Under the pieces are notes generated by a model. The model saw nothing but the letters and a program-made list of their open reading frames with translations, did no database searches and was not told where the DNA came from. Shown here piece by piece: positions 62,351-64,000 of a stretch of 64,000 bases of DNA. This stretch comes from Antechinus flavipes (taxonomy: Eukaryota). The translations under genes were made by a program, and so were the position numbers. The DNA lies in the NCBI RefSeq assembly GCF_016432865.1, contig NC_067398.1:293942001-294006000 (forward strand). The letters run 5' to 3'. The stretch's first letter is position 1; every line of letters starts with the position of its first letter.

Positions 62351-62909
62351 TTTTTTTTAATAGCTTTTTATTTACAAGTTATATGTATGGGTAATTTTAC
62401 AACATTGACAATTGCCAAACCTTTTGTTCCAATTTTTCCCCTCCTTCCTGCCACCCCCTCCCCTAGATGGCAGAATGACCAGGTGATGTTAAATATATTA
62501 AAGTATAAATTAGATACACTATAAGTATACATGACCAAACTGTTATTTTGCTGTCAAAAAGAATCAGACTCTGAAATATTGTACAATTAGCATGTGAAGG
62601 AAATCCAAAATGCAGGCAGGCAAAAAAAAATAGGGACTGGGAATTCTATGTAGTGGTTCTTAGTCATCTCCCAGAGTTCTTTCGCTGGGCGTAGCTGGTT
62701 CAGTTCATTACTGCTCCATTGAAACTGATTTGGTTCATCTCATTGCTGAAGATGGCCACATCCATCAGAATTGGTCATCATATAGTACTGTTATTGAAGT
62801 ATATAATGATCTTCTGGTCCTGCTCATTTCATTCAGCATCAGTTCGTGTAAGTCTCTCCAGATCTTTCTGAAATCATCCTGCTGGTCATTTCTTACAGAA
62901 CAATAATAT
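62351..62909 (-). mobile_element. L1 3' end, 5'-truncated
   Basis: Poly-T; perfect 17-bp TSD tcatggaacaatattct (62334-50, 62910-26); same subfamily as 29341-29502. Confidence 0.96.
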
Positions 62910-63249
62910 TCATGGAACAATATTCTAAGATTTCATCTAGACATTGAGTAGATTTCTTTCTTTAGCCCCTCTTTCTCTCAGCTCTTTTAAAAAGTTTTCT
63001 CATATTACACTTGGCATCTAGTTGAGAAAGATATAACTGATACCTATTGGATTGGATATTGGATCATCATATGTTCTTCATATTGGATCATCATATGCCC
63101 TGCCTCATACCCATAGAAAAGAGAAATGGACAAGGACAGGAATAGTGGTAGTGACCACAAAGAAAGGGCCATAAGCAGCATGTGGCAAGGAGCAGAGAGG
63201 GACAAAAGAATTAGGGGTGGCACAAGACCCCCAGGAATTTAAGCAGCTG

Positions 63250-63420
63250 AGGACTCCAGGATCACAGTTCAAGAATTAGAATTTACTTCATAGCTCATTT
63301 AGTTCAGTTTCATCTTAAAGATGAGGAAATTGAGATCCCTGAAAGTTTGTCCAAGGTCAGACAGGTAGTAAATATCAAGGGCAGGATTTGAATCCAGGTC
63401 TTTTCATTCTAGAGCTGGTA
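63250..63420 (-). mobile_element. MIR SINE
   Basis: 'gatgaggaaattgagatccc...ccaaggtcagacagg...ggatttgaatccaggtc'. Confidence 0.75.
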
Positions 63421-63639
63421 TGCTATCTTTATTTTAGATATCACTGAAACTTGCTTTCCCTTGCTCTAATCTCTCTTAAATTGATCTGATTTCAATCTCT
63501 TTCCTTCCCCTTCATTCTTCTTCTCTCCTCTTCCTTTTCCCTGGATTCTCCAGAGTTTTTTGGTCCATTTTTCGCTTTATCTGGAGCAACCTGATAAAGA
63601 GAATCCTTCCTCCTCTAAGCTGGTTACAGGTGGCATAGC

Positions 63640-63920
63640 TGTGTTGGACAGTGGCATCCACAAAAAAACAGAGACTCTCAGAGTAAGAAACAGCAAAAGG
63701 AGGTTTATTACAATCTCACGAGAAAGGGCCTCTCCCACCTGATAAGGTGTTTGTCAGCAAAAGGAGTGCCAAGCATAACCTGTGAAACACAAGATTAAAT
63801 AGGTCCTAGAACACAGAAGCTTCCAAAGCCCCTATTCTCCCTGGCTGGCCTTTTTTCCCATTGTTTGGGAGAGTCCAACTTACATCCTAATCCCAGAAAT
63901 CTAACCCAGAAACAAAAAAA
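63640..63920 (-). mobile_element. LTR-like segment (tentative)
   Basis: Starts 'tgtgttggac', has 'gaggtttattac' (antisense AATAAA) ~65 bp in, the usual layout of a minus-strand LTR; other end not defined. Confidence 0.35.
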
Positions 63921-64000
63921 AAAAAACAAGTCAATAATCATAAACTCTTAATTTAAGTTTCCCTAGAGAACTGATATATAAGGAGATATAATTCAAAGTC

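Noticed and set aside
1-64000. L1 strand bias as evidence for host-gene direction
   Set aside because: Counting all L1 fragments gives roughly equal plus and minus copies; uninformative.
1-64000. Endogenous non-retroviral virus, NUMT, tRNA/rRNA gene, CpG island, CRISPR array or ERV internal genes
   Set aside because: No recognisable viral, mitochondrial, gag/pol/env or structural-RNA sequence by eye; tRNA-like boxes belong to SINE heads. A blastx against viral proteins on the repeat-masked window would be the decisive test, and I could not run it.

Overview
AT-rich, strongly CpG-depleted vertebrate genomic DNA. The repeat content (WSINE1-type SINEs, MAR1 CORE-SINEs, marsupial RTE and BovB LINEs, dasyurid-type L1 3' ends) points to an Australian marsupial, most likely a dasyurid such as Sarcophilus, Sminthopsis or Antechinus; this is an inference from remembered repeat consensus sequences. 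The window looks intronic or intergenic. I recognise no host protein-coding gene, RNA gene, CpG island or CRISPR array. The supplied ORFs are microsatellite-derived, TE-derived or chance; only an L1 ORF1 remnant and a BovB C-terminal remnant resemble real proteins. A large part of the window is interspersed repeats: L2, CR1/L3, MIR/MAR1, hAT MITEs, RTE/BovB, L1 of several ages, one decayed full-span L1 with nested insertions, and solo LTRs. The most interesting non-repeat signals are a CArG+MCAT+GATA+E-box cluster (~20.5-20.8 kb), a dense CAGCTG E-box cluster (~6.8-7.1 kb) and several candidate small exons, including a 21-nt microexon at 51623-51643. None is confirmed, and I did not find a clearly novel biological system. 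Repeat family names come from recalled consensus sequences and need RepeatMasker/Dfam confirmation. Boundaries of old repeats are approximate.
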